A stretch of 64,000 nt of DNA, taken from Phoronis australis. Lineage: Eukaryota; Animalia; Phoronida. The translations under genes were made by a program, and so were the position numbers. The notes beneath the pieces were generated by a model. It saw nothing but the letters and a program-made list of their open reading frames with translations. It had not been told where the DNA came from and searched no databases. Positions 63,931 through 64,000 of this stretch are shown here, in pieces; the stretch's first letter is position 1; every line of letters starts with the position of its first letter. The stretch spans positions 184,935 through 248,934 of the forward strand of contig NMRA01000363.1 in the NCBI GenBank assembly GCA_002633005.1. The letters run 5' to 3'.

Positions 63931-64000
63931 TGATTGTTTTCCACTTAAACGGCTGCAACAAACAGTGGGAGTGTCGAGTGACTACCAGATTTTGCATGCG

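Overview
This is animal (not prokaryotic) genomic DNA: AT-rich, rich in introns and repeats, with four N-gaps. The repeat types suggest a marine invertebrate, which is an inference. The minus strand carries a complete DDX49 (Dbp8-type DEAD-box helicase) gene with 12 coding exons (CDS 25591->11313, 460 aa) and consistent GT-AG phases throughout. The plus strand carries the first coding exon of a RasGRF gene (PH domain, 53925-54182), oriented divergently from DDX49. It also has the probable last coding exon of an unidentified upstream gene (755-943) and a possible decayed single-pass membrane-protein pseudogene (about 6547-7788). The rest is mostly non-autonomous mobile DNA. This includes three copies of a Helentron/HINE-like element whose ~150-bp internal tandem units each carry a CTCF-like motif, and a second HINE-like family rich in ETS/YY1/NRF1 motifs. 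There are also TA-flanked Tc1/mariner-type MITEs, a CAC-terminated element with a 5-bp TSD (Transib/RAG-like or hAT5-like), and a hAT-like element with a 6-bp TSD. Harbinger-like MITEs, a tRNA-derived SINE with a 12-bp TSD and several minisatellites are also present. I found no CRISPR array, rRNA, true tRNA gene or intact transposase.
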